A stretch of 63,971 nucleotides of DNA, the filler included, from Octopus bimaculoides (lineage: Eukaryota): the NCBI RefSeq assembly GCF_001194135.2. It is 6 parts of 6 records of this genome, joined end to end, with 100 filler letters (N's around TTAATTAATTAA, not from the genome) between each part and the next. Parts side by side here need not be neighbours in the genome. Positions count along the whole stretch, not along the records: positions 1 to 26,631 come from NC_068983.1; 5 more parts are not named here. The stretch is one strand, 5' to 3'. The position numbers and the translations under genes are program-made. Under the pieces are notes generated by a model. That model ran no database searches. It was not told where the DNA came from and was given only the letters and a program-made list of their open reading frames with translations. This document shows positions 12,252 to 24,790 of the stretch, piece by piece. The stretch's first letter is position 1, and every line of letters begins with the position of its first letter.

Positions 12252-12771
12252 ATTTAAGGTCCGGCCATGTCACACTGTATCATATTGATTTCACTTGAAG
12301 ATTACATTAAGGGTACATGTGTCTGTAGGCTGTTCATTTACTTATATGCTAATTCAATGAGCAACTAGTTCAATTAATTGAACAACTGAGAGCACATTGT
12401 CAGAATTTATGGAGATCCATTAATCTTCTGTCATCTGTTCGAGTAAATCTACCTCCTTTTATTGATATTCCATTTAGCAGATCATAAATATCACACATTC
12501 ATTCTCTTTCCCTATAAATTATATATTGCTTCATAACTATAAAATGAATATATTAATATTCATCTTTATACATAATGAAATTTGAAACACTGTATTTGTA
12601 CTTTTGTCTCATCTTTTTACCTCTCTACTACATAATTACTTTTATTTAGTGAGATAATACTTGTGTACGTAGATCTTTGAATTTAATTCAAAGTTAGAAA
12701 CATTTAAAATATAAAGCTGATGAAAATTATAGGACCCCAAAAATATCAATGGATAATTGTTCATTTTCTTT
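12167..12771 (+). repeat. Inserted copy of intron segment 7714-8322 inside the RLE LINE
   Basis: Direct copy lying between the LINE codons for ...IAAQ (above 12771) and LGHDKNWWEY (below about 12020). The CCHC-knuckle region expected between them is absent. Confidence 0.92.
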
Positions 12772-14869
12772 GGGCTGCTATGATAAACCCTTCTGTCTCT
12801 GATTTTAAGCCAGAAGACACTAACCACTGATAGATAAGGGTTTTTTCAACATTGGCATTATTAGCTCTCTTTGTGTATTTGCCATTGAGAGGTTTTTCTT
12901 ACCATTTATCATCAGTAAGAATATCTAAGGCAGCAGTTTTAGCACAGGTTTTTATAAGCTTAGCTTTTTCTATGCTTGTTTCCAGTACATTTAATTCTAG
13001 GATTTTTTGTATTTGGAATTCATCTAGATATTTCTTTGCCTGTTTTGTTACTGAGGATGATGTTTTCTTGTTTACATGCTTTAAAACAAGTTTTAACATC
13101 CAGTCAGCAGAGTTTTTCAGGTAGCTATTTAGGCCAATTGTAGCAATCTTCATTGTTAATTCCAGTTGTAAAAGTCCATGACCACCTTCTTTTTTTGGCA
13201 GGTGAAGTAGTTCTGTATCTGCCTTAGAGTGGTGCATTCTATTGCATTGTCAAGAATTTTTGTATTTTTCTGTCAAGATTACATATTTCAGTAATTGACC
13301 AGTTAATAATATTGAAACCATAAGTCAAGACTGGTATGGCTAAAGTATTGATCGCTTCAAACCTGTTTCTTGCATACAGCTCTGTCTTGAGAATTGCCCT
13401 TACCCTGAAATAATATTCTTTTCTGATCTTTTCCCTTTTCATTGAATGTTTGATTCCATCACCTTCAAATACCCCTATGTATTTGTAGCGCTCTACTGGT
13501 TCTAACTCCTTTATGACATTCTGTTGGTCAAGATTAACTTTGGATGTTTCTATCATTTTCCCTTTGATAAATGTAGCTTTTGCACATTTATCAAGGCCAA
13601 ATTGCATTCTGATGTCATCACTGAATTGTTTAACAATTGCTAGTAAGCCCGATAGTTGGTGGTCATTTTTTGCAAAGTGCTTTAAATCATCCATGTAAAA
13701 GAGATGATTTATATTCTTATCAAACATTTTATAGCCATATTGTACATCATTGAGCAATTTTGAGAGAGGTATTAAGGCTAGACAAATGAGGAGTGGTGAT
13801 AAACAGTCACCCTGGAAAATGCCACATGAAATTATTACATCTCCAGCATTGAGAAATTCATTGTCACTATTCAAAGTCAGTGTGGTTCTCCATGATCTCA
13901 TACTTACAGACAAAAAGTTTTGCAGAGTATGTGCTATTTTATAAATTTCCAGACATTTCTTAATCCAGCTATGTGGTAGACTATTAAAAGCTTTTTTATA
14001 ATCTGTCCAGGCTATCAACAAGTTCTTGTGTTGTTTGTGACAATCTTCCAAGATCATCTTATTGATGAGTAGCTGATCTTTACAACCGTAGGACCCATAT
14101 TTACAACCTTTTTGCTCATTAGGGAAGGTGCCAATCTTTTCACCACATAGAATCGTTGAGATCTTCACAGATGCATAGTACAGGTGATTGAAATCTGTAA
14201 CATCAACATCATTGGCTGAAATTATATCCTTAAGTGTAAGGCAGATTTTACGAATTATTTTCAGGTTTTGTTTAGAGTTTCAAATTTTTGGAAGAGTGTC
14301 ACGCTCATTCATATTAGTTTCTTTAATTTTCAGCCATTCGATCATGATTTGATGTTTTAGATCATTTAGTTCAGTTGGGTCAATTTCTGTGTGACTTTCT
14401 TCATCTATTTGATTTTCTTCTGCTTTACTGTTTATGGTTGGTTCAGAGAGTATTTCACTTTATTTATCAGTTATATTAACTCTTTCAATGATTATTGCAT
14501 TTTCAACAGCCCTGGGCTGGTCTATAATTATTTCCTTCGTAGTATCTTCTATAGCTGCAACTTCGTTCCTTTTATCCTTTACTAATTGTTTAATTTGGTC
14601 AATCTCTGATTCAGTTAGTAATTTCTTTTTCATAATGTTTCTTCTGACGTTGGCAAGTTTGTTCTTACTTCAAGGTGCTTCTGTCTCCAGTTTAGGTACG
14701 TTTGTTCAGTATTAGATTTATTTGTGAGGAAATACATGGCATGATAGAAGGCTTTAAGAATTTTTTATTATCTCCCCTTGATCATTTTTCATTCTTTTTC
14801 TTTTGGTTATTTGATGACGAGTGTGGATGGCCATCTGTTGGAATAATATTATTATTATTGTTTTCAGTT

Positions 14870-15040
14870 GTGTTTGTTTGTTTGTTTGTTTGTCTGTGGA
14901 CAAGATATCTCAAGAACTGCTGGATGGATTTGGATGAAACTTTCAGGGATGCTTGGCCTCATGACTAGCTTGAACTGATTAGAGTTGGGGATTGACCTGG
15001 TACCAGACAAGGATTCTGGATTATTTGTTTTATTTACTTT
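14870..15040 (+). mobile_element. Possible DINE-1/Helentron-associated non-autonomous fragment
   Basis: (TTTG)n-GTCTGTGGACAAGATATCTCAAGAACTGCTGGATGGATTTGGATGAAACTTTCAGG resembles the DINE-1/HINE core. Recognised from memory only. Confidence 0.4.
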
Positions 15041-15639
15041 ACTTTACATGATTACGATCTTACGTTGACTTTCAAGTCTTTCTAAGTTATCTCTCTTTGA
15101 GCCATTTCCAAAGTTTTATTCTCATTTCTCTATTATTAATTTTACTCATGTCTCTATCTAAGTCGAAACTGATAGATAAAGAAGTCAAACTACATAAACA
15201 AACAGCAGCAAAACTGTTCAGAAATTAAATAACACTAACATATTTTTATAATATATATATCATGTAGTATACTTACACATATACATACATCTATTCATCG
15301 ATCTAAAACAACAGGAATACTAAAGGAAGGCTGGAATTTAAGAGAAGAGAAAACCAAAAGATTGCATGATATTCATCTAAAAATTCCTGAGTAGAACCTA
15401 TTATTAATTACCTCTGAATTCGAAACTATTAATGTTGTTATTATTGTTATTAAGGCAACAAGCTGGCAGAATTCTTAGCATGTTGGACACTGCTTAGCAA
15501 CATTTCTTCTGATTTAACCTTCTGAGTTTAAATTTTGCCAAGATCAACTTTGCCTTCCATCCTTTTCAGGTCAATAAAATAAGTACCAGTTGAATATTGG
15601 GTCAATGTAATTGACTTGCCCCTTCCCATAATTTCAGGC

Positions 15640-17800
15640 CACATGCATAATGGCTATGTGCTCTCCAATTTCAAACAGATGAGCGCTGTGTTCAGCAGCA
15701 TTTTGCTGTCCTCTTCTTGAGGAGTGGTATGTCATGCCTGTCAGACAGGGAGATTGAGTGTTGTGAGAAGCTGATTTCAGCAGAGGAAGTAGCAGGTGTA
15801 CTGAGTCACTATGTGGCATGTAGATCACCAGGATTGGACAGTCTGCCCTATTCAGTGTCTGATTGGTGTGCTCTGGATTTCACAACTGTCTACTGCACCT
15901 GACAACTGACTGGGAGCATTCCCAGTTGCGTATGTAGGGTGTGATGACTCTGCTGAGGAAGGATTCGAACAAGGGAGATGTGATTAATAACTTCAGAACC
16001 ATAACTATACTCAACATTAAGTTCAAAATTTAGCTCACCAAGAAGCTAGCATTTGTTGTCAGTGGTATAGTTGGGGATGTGCAAACCTGTGTGATCACCA
16101 GTAGGCCTATCCACAACAACCTCCACTTCATGCAATACATTGTAAAACAGGTCAGAAATAGATCTGACTTTGGAGGGGCACTGGTCAATTTGGACAAGGT
16201 GGACCATCACTGTCCATGGCTGTCCAAAAAGCTACTAGTTTCAGTCCTGTCTTCAGAGGCTGGATTACCACAATGTATAGTGGCATCTGCTCAGTCATCA
16301 AATCAAATGGTCACCTCTCAAACTTTCAGTGTTGAATGCTCGATCTTCCAATGCTCGATCTTCCCTCTCCCCACTTTTATATGTTTTGACATTAGAACCT
16401 TTGCTGAGAGTTTGAGGAGTATCCCACTGGAACTAGGCCACAGGAGAGCTGTGTCTGCATATGCAGACAGTGTCACTGTCATGGTATCAGACACTTCAGA
16501 TATAGAAACAAGAGACACTATACTGAAAGAATATCAGGTATGTGCAGGAGCATACATAAATCAGGACAAATCAGAGGGTTTGCTACTCGGAGAGGAAAGT
16601 ACATCTTGACTAGTGATTTCTGTCACTGGGTGGAGGGTCTGGTAAAGTGCTAAAGTCTGGTTTGAACCAGATCTCCAGGTGGATAGGAACTGTGAAAAGG
16701 TCATGGTTAGAGTGGCGAAGCTCACTTAGAAATGGGCAGAAGGGAAGGTGTCTCTGAAAGGCTGGGCAGATGTAGCAAATGCACAGATTGCCTTAGTAGT
16801 ATGCTACCGCCTAGCTGTCTTACCTTGTCCCAAGAAAACTCTGACTAGATTGGAGCACTTGCTTTTTAATCCTTGTGGAACAGTTAGGTTCCGTTAGTCA
16901 GAAAATCTACCTACTGTTAACACCCACTCTGCAGTGGTCTTGGGATGCTATCTTTGATGATGCATTGCCACGTATTGAGGCTGACACACCTGCAGAAATA
17001 TCTAAATCACTGTAGTGTGAAGGATGGGAATGAAAACAAGGGTGAACTGGTATGGGCATCCTTTGTATGACTTGTCTTTCTGCAGCTCATCTCGTTGACC
17101 AAGCTGCAGTCATGGGTCAAATTTAGGCCAAGTTTAGGTGTTTGACATCTAGAATGCTGCCAAGCACTCACTATATTGTACCAGTTGGATAAAACTGTTA
17201 GCAGGAAAACAACCCAAGATTTCTATGGAGGGGATAGTTGAGGGCATGAGTGATTATGGCCTAGGTTTGACTCTGGGCATCAATGATAACAGTCTTGGTG
17301 GATTTTTCCAGAGGATTTTCAGGTTGAAGATCATGGACAATTTTCAGAAGTTTTTGGCATGACAATGCTTGCTGAAGACAAGCTCTTCAGACAACAGCCA
17401 AACCAGCCTGAGAAGCATGCAGCAGGACAAAAGTATCCTGCATGCATTTATTCAGTGTCCATGTATTAGAACCTTGTGGGCTTGTGTTGAGCAGCTGTTG
17501 TCTGATGTAAGATGAATCCAGCTGTCCACCAGCTTTATAGTGAAGATTGGTGCACCACATTTCTTCAGCAAAGAAGGGAAGTAGATTTCCTACTGTTAAC
17601 ACCCACTCTGCAGTGGTCTTGGGATGCTATCTTTGATGATGCATTGCCACGCATTGAGGCTGACACACCTGCAGAAATTATCTAAATTTCCTGTCTGGTG
17701 AAGCTCTCATCCATTTCTTCAAATACCATTGGAAGAAGAAGGTGAGGGAAGTACTGCCTTCTAGTGTATTTATTAAAACGTGGATGAGAAGGGAAAGACT
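15640..17800 (+). mobile_element. L1/Tx1-clade LINE remnant (RT and C-terminal region)
   Basis: SPGLDSLPY, RPITIL-like, LDKVDH and SAYADSVTVMVSD (decayed YADD). Heavily frameshifted. Confidence 0.75.
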
Positions 17801-17878
17801 GTTGCAGCTGAATGGATCTACACTGAGTATGCCTTTCTAAGTAAGAGGAAAGAAACTAGAAGACAATGTTGGCCTTAA

Positions 17879-18654
17879 CCCTTTCGTTACTAACCTGGCC
17901 GTAGCTGGCCGAAAAATTTTTTGGTTCATAAGACTAACCCGGCCGTAGCTGGCCGAGCGTACCCATTGTTATTTAAATGTATATTTGAACCCAAATTTCG
18001 TTAGTACATTCGTTAAAATACTTGATTTCACTTTGCAAACAGTTGAGTTATTGTCTCCGACATTGTTTGGCATGATATTTGAACTCAGTGAATTTTGGAA
18101 GATTTTTTTCCGCATTTTTTGCGGCGTTAATTTTTGTCAACTTTGAAGATGGAGAGGAGTTTCATGCTATCAAGCAGTGATTCCGAATTTGAAGGTATTT
18201 CAACAGAAGATATGGAGATATCAAAGAAAAGAATGAATGAGTTACAAAAGCACGTGGTGAACGATAATGAATCGGATATTTCTGTATCCAAAACTGAAAG
18301 CAGCAGTTCTGAAAGCAGCGATTCTGAAAGCAGCGAGGCGACAGCGAGGATGATTTTACACCAGAAAAATATTTTAAAAATATTTTTATTAACAATTTTT
18401 CTGAGGAAACAGGGTCTACCCATAGTATTTCTCAGGAAGCGAAACCTTTAGACTTCTTTTTCATGCTTGTTTGAAATGATTACTGCGGAAACAAACCATT
18501 ATGCAGAATGTAAACAAACCGGAAAAAAAAGATAGCTTGTGGTTTCCTGCAACTGTAGATGAAATACAGGCATTTTTTGCCATAAATATTATTATGGGTA
18601 TTGGACAGTTACCCAGAATAACAAATTACTGGAGCGATCAGGAACCTTTTGGCG
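17879..18654 (+). mobile_element. piggyBac transposon 5' end with transposase N-terminus, truncated by a gap
   Basis: TTAA (17875-78) followed by CCCTTTCGTTAC, and a subterminal ~24-bp direct repeat ACTAACC(T/C)GGCCGTAGCTGGCCGA. Acidic Ser-rich N-terminus, then WFPATVDEIQAFFAINIIMGIGQLPRITNYWS, typical of piggyBac transposases. Confidence 0.9.
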
Positions 18655-19014
18655 NNNNNNNNNNNNNNNNNNNNNNNNNNNNNNNNNNNNNNNNNNNNNN
18701 NNNNNNNNNNNNNNNNNNNNNNNNNNNNNNNNNNNNNNNNNNNNNNNNNNNNNNNNNNNNNNNNNNNNNNNNNNNNNNNNNNNNNNNNNNNNNNNNNNNN
18801 NNNNNNNNNNNNNNNNNNNNNNNNNNNNNNNNNNNNNNNNNNNNNNNNNNNNNNNNNNNNNNNNNNNNNNNNNNNNNNNNNNNNNNNNNNNNNNNNNNNN
18901 NNNNNNNNNNNNNNNNNNNNNNNNNNNNNNNNNNNNNNNNNNNNNNNNNNNNNNNNNNNNNNNNNNNNNNNNNNNNNNNNNNNNNNNNNNNNNNNNNNNN
19001 NNNNNNNNNNNNAC

Positions 19015-19515
19015 TCCGCTTGCGAAGACCTGTTGAGGCAAGTGAAATCGAAATCGAACTAAATTCGACGACTGGCACCCATGCCAACGTTGTCTCCTTC
19101 ATTGGAAATGAAACTCGGCTTGCGAAGACCTGTAGGGGCAAGCGAAAGCGAAATCGGGATGGCACCTGTACCAGTGTCGCCTTCCTGGCACTTGTGCAGG
19201 TTGCATGTGTAAAGACATTCGAGTGAGATTGTTGCCAGTGCTGCTGGACTGGCCCCTGTGCAGGTGGCACGTAAACTACACCATTTTGAGCATGGCCGTT
19301 GCCAGTATCGCCTGACTGGCCTTCGTATTGGTGGCACGTAAAAACACCCACTGCACTTTCAGAGTGGTTGGTGTTAGGAAGGGCATCCAGCTGTAGAAAC
19401 TCTGCCAAATCAGATTGGAGCCTGGTGTAGCCATCTGGTTCACCAGTCCTCAGTCAAATCGTCCAATCCATGCTAGCATGGAAAGCGGACGTTAAACGAT
19501 GATGATGATGATGAG
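19015..19515 (+). mobile_element. Young copy of the RTE-tail SINE-like repeat with a (GAT)n tail
   Basis: Ends ...GCATGGAAAGCGGACGTTAAACGATGATGATG. CTTGCGAAGACCTGT is repeated 100 bp apart. Homologous to 860-1110 and, in reverse, to 25090-25225. Confidence 0.75.
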
Positions 19516-20559
19516 TAAGTGTATATCATCATCTTTTAACGTCCCTTTTCCATGCTGGTATGGGTTGGATGGTTTAACAGGGGCCAGCAAGCCAGGGGCT
19601 ATGTCTGACACCTGTCTGATTTGGCATGGTTTTTGTGGCTAGATGCCCTTCCTAATGCCACCGCTTTACAGCATGGACTGAGTGCTTTTACATGGCACCA
19701 CATGATTGCATAGTTTCAATAGCTGAATACCTTGGTGCAAGTTGACTGGAAACCTGGGGCCCACCAAAATTGTTTCCAAATGGGCTCCACACCTTCTAAG
19801 GCTGGCCCTGCTAGAAGATGACACTTCCTGTGCCTTGGGGATGGTAGAGTAATCCAGACTTTTTGTGTGGAGTTTACCCTGAATTACTCTAAGTGGACTA
19901 CCCTGCTATTGGGAATTCTATTCATTGATTATTTATTTTACTAATTTCTATTTATGCATCCTTTAATATTGCAGTGTCTCTCCTCAATCTATGTAAACCC
20001 TACTTGTTTTGTGTGTTGTATCTCATCCTTTGATATTGTTGTCCTTGTTTTGGGCTCTTGTGGCCAATTAAAGAAATCCTCATTATTATTATTGTTATTT
20101 AACAATCTTTTATCCTTCCTGATATTTATTTATATTCTATTTTTTTCTACCCTTTTATTTACTTACTAAAAAATTTTCGCTTTTACAATTTTTGTTATTC
20201 AGTTAAATTATTGGTTGTACTATATTTGTTGCTACTACTTACACTTCTCCTATTGGTGTGGATACTATTGTTAGTCCCTTGACTTCCAACAGATTGTATC
20301 AACCTTTCTCCCTATTGTCTTTGTTCTGTGGTTATGGTCTGATAGCTTCTCTTCTTTGAGGTCATTAATCCCTGATTCTTCTGTACTGTACAGTGCCAAA
20401 AGTGACCTCATTCAGAGAAAGAAGGAAAAGGTCATATATGAATTTCAAGGAGCACTGGGCAATGACAACCAGAATGAGTGACCTACATAGATAAAAAAAA
20501 AATTATATTTAAAATGCTGAAGCTTATATATACTGGTCAACAGCCTCATCTCTTTTGAA

Positions 20560-21120
20560 TGCTTCTATTGCCTAGGTGGCCTAGTTAATAGTAGAGGAAG
20601 TCATTCTGAAACTATAGTTGCTAGAATACAAACCAGCTGGAGAAAGTTTAAAGAGTTATTACTGCTACTAATAACAAAAGGCTTCTCTCTTAGAGTGAAA
20701 AGTAGAGTGTACAATGCCTGGGTACAAATAGCATTGCTATATGGCAGTGGGATGTGGGGCATGAATGTAGAGGACATGCAAAGAGTAGAAAGAAATGAAG
20801 GTAGCATGTTTTGTGGTTATGCAATATCATTGTGTATGTATGACAAAATGCAAATATGTTGAGAAAAAAATTGAGCATAAGAGGCATCAAATTTAGTGTA
20901 TGAGAGAGAAGATTCCAATGGAATGGTTATGTGGGCAGCTACATAAAGAAGTACCAATCACTAAAGGTGGATGAAGCCTGTGGAACAGAGAGACCCAGAA
21001 AGATATGAGACAAAGTAGTGGGGACCAATCTATGGATGTTGAACCTCACAGAGCCTGACAAAAGACTGAGATGATTGGTGATTCACTGTACTCAAGAAGA
21101 CTCATGCATCTCTTCAAAAA
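20560..21120 (+). mobile_element. RTE LINE 3' coding fragment
   Basis: KGFSLRVKSRVYNAWVQIALLYGSGMWGMNVEDMQRVERNE; reverse-homologous to 22860-23180. Confidence 0.75.
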
Positions 21121-22419
21121 ACAAGGTCTTAAAAGTATATATCTATACTTCCACACCCAATCTGTCCTTGTCAAGATTTCCCCACAACTCATCTCATCCC
21201 TGCATTATGCTTCTATGGCACTATTTGTTCAGCTGTTGTAATTATATGGGGGCAAAACCACACATATCTCATACCCCTTTTGTGTTACCATTTGTCCCTC
21301 TCCTTGAAACTACTTCTTTTTGTAACCCATCTCACTTCCTCAATATCACCCCTTACCACTTTATTTTCCACTGAATACCCCTTTTTCTGAACATCATCTT
21401 ATATCAGGCCTCAATACCCTCCCCACTTTTGTTCACTTATTATTTCCACCTATATGTACTTCTGCCACCCTTCCATTACCGTCACTGTACATCCCTCTCT
21501 CACCCACTCACACTACACATCATCTCTGTTTCTCATCTGTTTACAGTTTTATTATACTGTTGTATTTTGAACTGCCACTTATGATCACCTTCTCCTCCAT
21601 GGCCAACTCCTGTTTCTTTCACCTTCCCCCTCAAACTGATATTCACCATTAACCAGACCTTCAACTGTGTTCACTATTCACTGCAGTCACCTTTATACTA
21701 ATATCTAACCATCTGTCACTCTCTTTCATACAATCACAAAGTTACCTACTCACCTACCCTTTCTGATCCTTTGTCCCTATTCTCTCTTATATTCACATTC
21801 TTGTACTTTGAGGTCACACCTTGACATCTCATCACCATCATTTTTCCAGCTAGGGTAGCTATGTACGTTGTCCTGTTCCTGTCTCTCTGTCGCCTCTGAC
21901 ATGAAGCCACCTTCCTCAATACTACACCCTGACTCTGTCAAGAGATCTTGTCTTCTGAGTTACTTAATAACGTTACTAGTGTTAGTGCCACAAAAAATGC
22001 ATTCAGTATACTATGTAGAGTAGTTGGCATTAGGAAGGGCTTCTAGCCATAGAAACTATGCTGAAAAAAATATTGGAGCATGACACAGCCTGACTTGTCA
22101 GATCCTGTTAAACTGTCCAACCCGTGCCAGTATGGAAGACAGATACTAAATGATGATGACGTTGATAGATATGTATCTCTGTGTATACGTGTGTGTGCAT
22201 GTGTGTTTCTCCTTGTCTTGATATCACATGATGGCAGCAAGCAAGTGTTGTGGTGATACAAGCAGTATCTTTTGTTTTGAATTTTCTATGTAAACATGTC
22301 TAGCCATGGTGAAGTATTACTTTGCATGGGAACAGGTGAGAGATGGTTACAGGGAAAGCATCTAGCTATAGAAAATCTGCTTCCATGAATTCCATCTGAC
22401 CCATGCAAGCATGGAGAAG

Positions 22420-24790
22420 TCATCATCATCATCCTTTAGAATCTGCTTTCCATGCTGGCATGGATAAGATGGTTTGACTTACCCAAGTTCCAGTTTGTTT
22501 TGCCTTAGTTTCTACAGCTGGATACCCTTCCTAACGCCAACCATTCCATCGAGTGTACTGGGTGTCTTTTACCTGTCAGCAGCATGGATGCCTTGTACAT
22601 GTCACTGGCACTGGCCAAGGCTTTGATCTTGCTTAGCTTGATGTGTCTTCACAAGCACAGCAAATTGCCAAAAGTCTGTCATTTGTCATCACCTCAGTGG
22701 GACTCGGCATCCAAAGATCATATTTCACCACATTGTCCTATGTCTTCCTAGGTTTACCTCTTCTACAAGTTCTCTCCACAGAATTCAGCTCTTCTTTACA
22801 CAACTGTCCTCATCCATATGCATCACATGACCATATCAGTGCAGTCTTCTCTCTTGCACACTACATCTGATGCTTCTTATATCCTATTTTTCTCTTAAGA
22901 CACTTACATTCTGTTGTATGTACACACTGACATTGCACATCCAGCAGAGCATACTAGCTTCATTTCTTTCAAGACTTCACATGCCCTCTGCAGTCACAGC
23001 CCATGTTTCACTGCCATGTAGCATGGCTGTTTGCACACAGGTATCATACAATCTGCCTTTCACTCTCAGAGAAAGGCTCTTTGTTACCAACAAAGGTATA
23101 AACTCTCTGAACTTTGCCAAGCCCATTCTTATTCTAGTAGCTATGCTCTCAGAACATCCTCCTCCATTGCTGACTTAGTCACCTAGGTAATGAAAGCTAT
23201 CTACTACTTCTTAGTACCCTCCTCCCTCCAGGGCATTTGATGATGTCTATTTTCTGTACATTCTTAGTGTTTATTGTACCTGCACATCTGTCACACACAG
23301 ACTACTTTCTCTGTTAACCTTCCTCTGATACTGCAGCACCTCTTATATGTCCATAACTTGCACTGAGTATATCTTATGGAGTTTCTACTTACACCTTTCC
23401 TACATATCGAGCAAGGCCTTCTTCCTGAAGGGATTTGTGATTTGTCAATTTTCCTACTTACTAAGACTTTGGTCTTTGTTAAATTAACTCTTAGGTCCTC
23501 TGATTCTAGACCTTGCTTCCACACCTGAAATTTCTTCTCTAGTTCGGGTAGAGATTCAGCTATAAGAACAAGGTCATAGGCATAGAAGAGCTCCCAAGCA
23601 CAGCCCATATTAAATTCTTCTATTATGGCCTGGAAGACTATGATGAACAAGAGGAGGCTAAGAACTGAACCTTGGTGAACTCCTACCAGTACACTGAATG
23701 CATTACTATTAATCCTCACCTTACTGATGGCTACCTGTACGTGACTTGTCCAGCTCTCACCAGCCACTCATCTATACCTAGCTTCTGCATTGACCGCCAG
23801 ATAAGGGAATAGGGGAGCTTGTCAAAGGCTTTCTCCATGTCAACAAAAGCCAAGTACAGAGGTTTGTTTTTGGCTAAGTACTTCTCCTTACCAAGAATAT
23901 AGTATCAGTGATACTCCTCAAAAAACAATCTGCATCTCATCTAGACTAACTCTCTTCCAAGTAAGTTGAGCTATGATTTCTCTGTAACTTTCATCACTTG
24001 GTCCAACAATTTGATATCTAATTATTTCTATCGAAGGTGTCACCTTTACTTTTGTAGCAGTTGACTATAGTGCTGCTACCCCAGTCATTGGGTATGACTT
24101 TCTCATGAACAACCTGATTAACTAAACATGTGACTAGACCATGTCCCATTCCACCAGATATTTTAAGCATCTCAGCAGCAATTCTTGATGGGCTGGGGGC
24201 TTTCCCTGTCTTCATATCCTTCATAGATTTATCTACCAAGCTACTGTCTATTTGGATAGCTGGTCAGTCTGTTGGATCCACATCAGGCAGACTGTCTTTC
24301 TCCATGTGTTCTCTATATTTAGCAGCCTTTCATAGTGACATTTCCAAGCCTCTTTCTTTGCAGAGTCACTAACTGCAAGTGAGCCATCATTCATGCAAAT
24401 GCACTACTCTCCTACAACATCAGAATTTTCCCTGATACACTGTCTTGCAAATCAAAACACTTCAAGCTGCTGGCTCTCACACCACAGAACATTTGGCAAA
24501 CATCTTCCTTTCTGCTTCTCTCCTGGTTAAGTATACCTGTCTCCTAGCTTCTCTTCTAGCTACTTGATATAGTTCTTTGCTAGTGTTGCCCTTCCAGTCC
24601 TGTTTCTTTACTCTAATAGCCCTGCCAACTACACTGTTCCACCACCATATCACTCTAGGTCTTGTTGGGACTTTGCACCAGCCACAAATTTGGTCTGTGG
24701 CTCTCAGTAAGTTATCTCATAGGAACTTCCAGTTTTCCTCCATGTTACATGTCTGTAAAAACAATAATGTTGATTATAATGTTTTAATTT
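22420..24790 (-). mobile_element. RTE-clade LINE, decayed, RT with a Cys/His-rich insert
   Basis: MKTGKAPSPSRIAAEMLK, GVHQGSVLSLLLFIIV, ELFYAYD (YADD) and LRVNLTKTKVL, followed by PCSICRKGV...QCKLW..KRC. (GAT)n tail at about 22420. Confidence 0.85.

Larger units (their letters stand above)
11402..14843 (-). mobile_element. R4/Dong-clade non-LTR retrotransposon (RT plus restriction-like endonuclease), interrupted
   Basis: RT motifs WTDYKKAFNSLPHSWI, GIFQGDCLSPLL and YMDD (13239-14168), then LPKKEGGHGL and SETEGFIIAAQ. C-terminal RPDIILKD...KYKDLEIE-type RLE region at about 11650-12010. (AAT)n on both sides. Confidence 0.9.
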
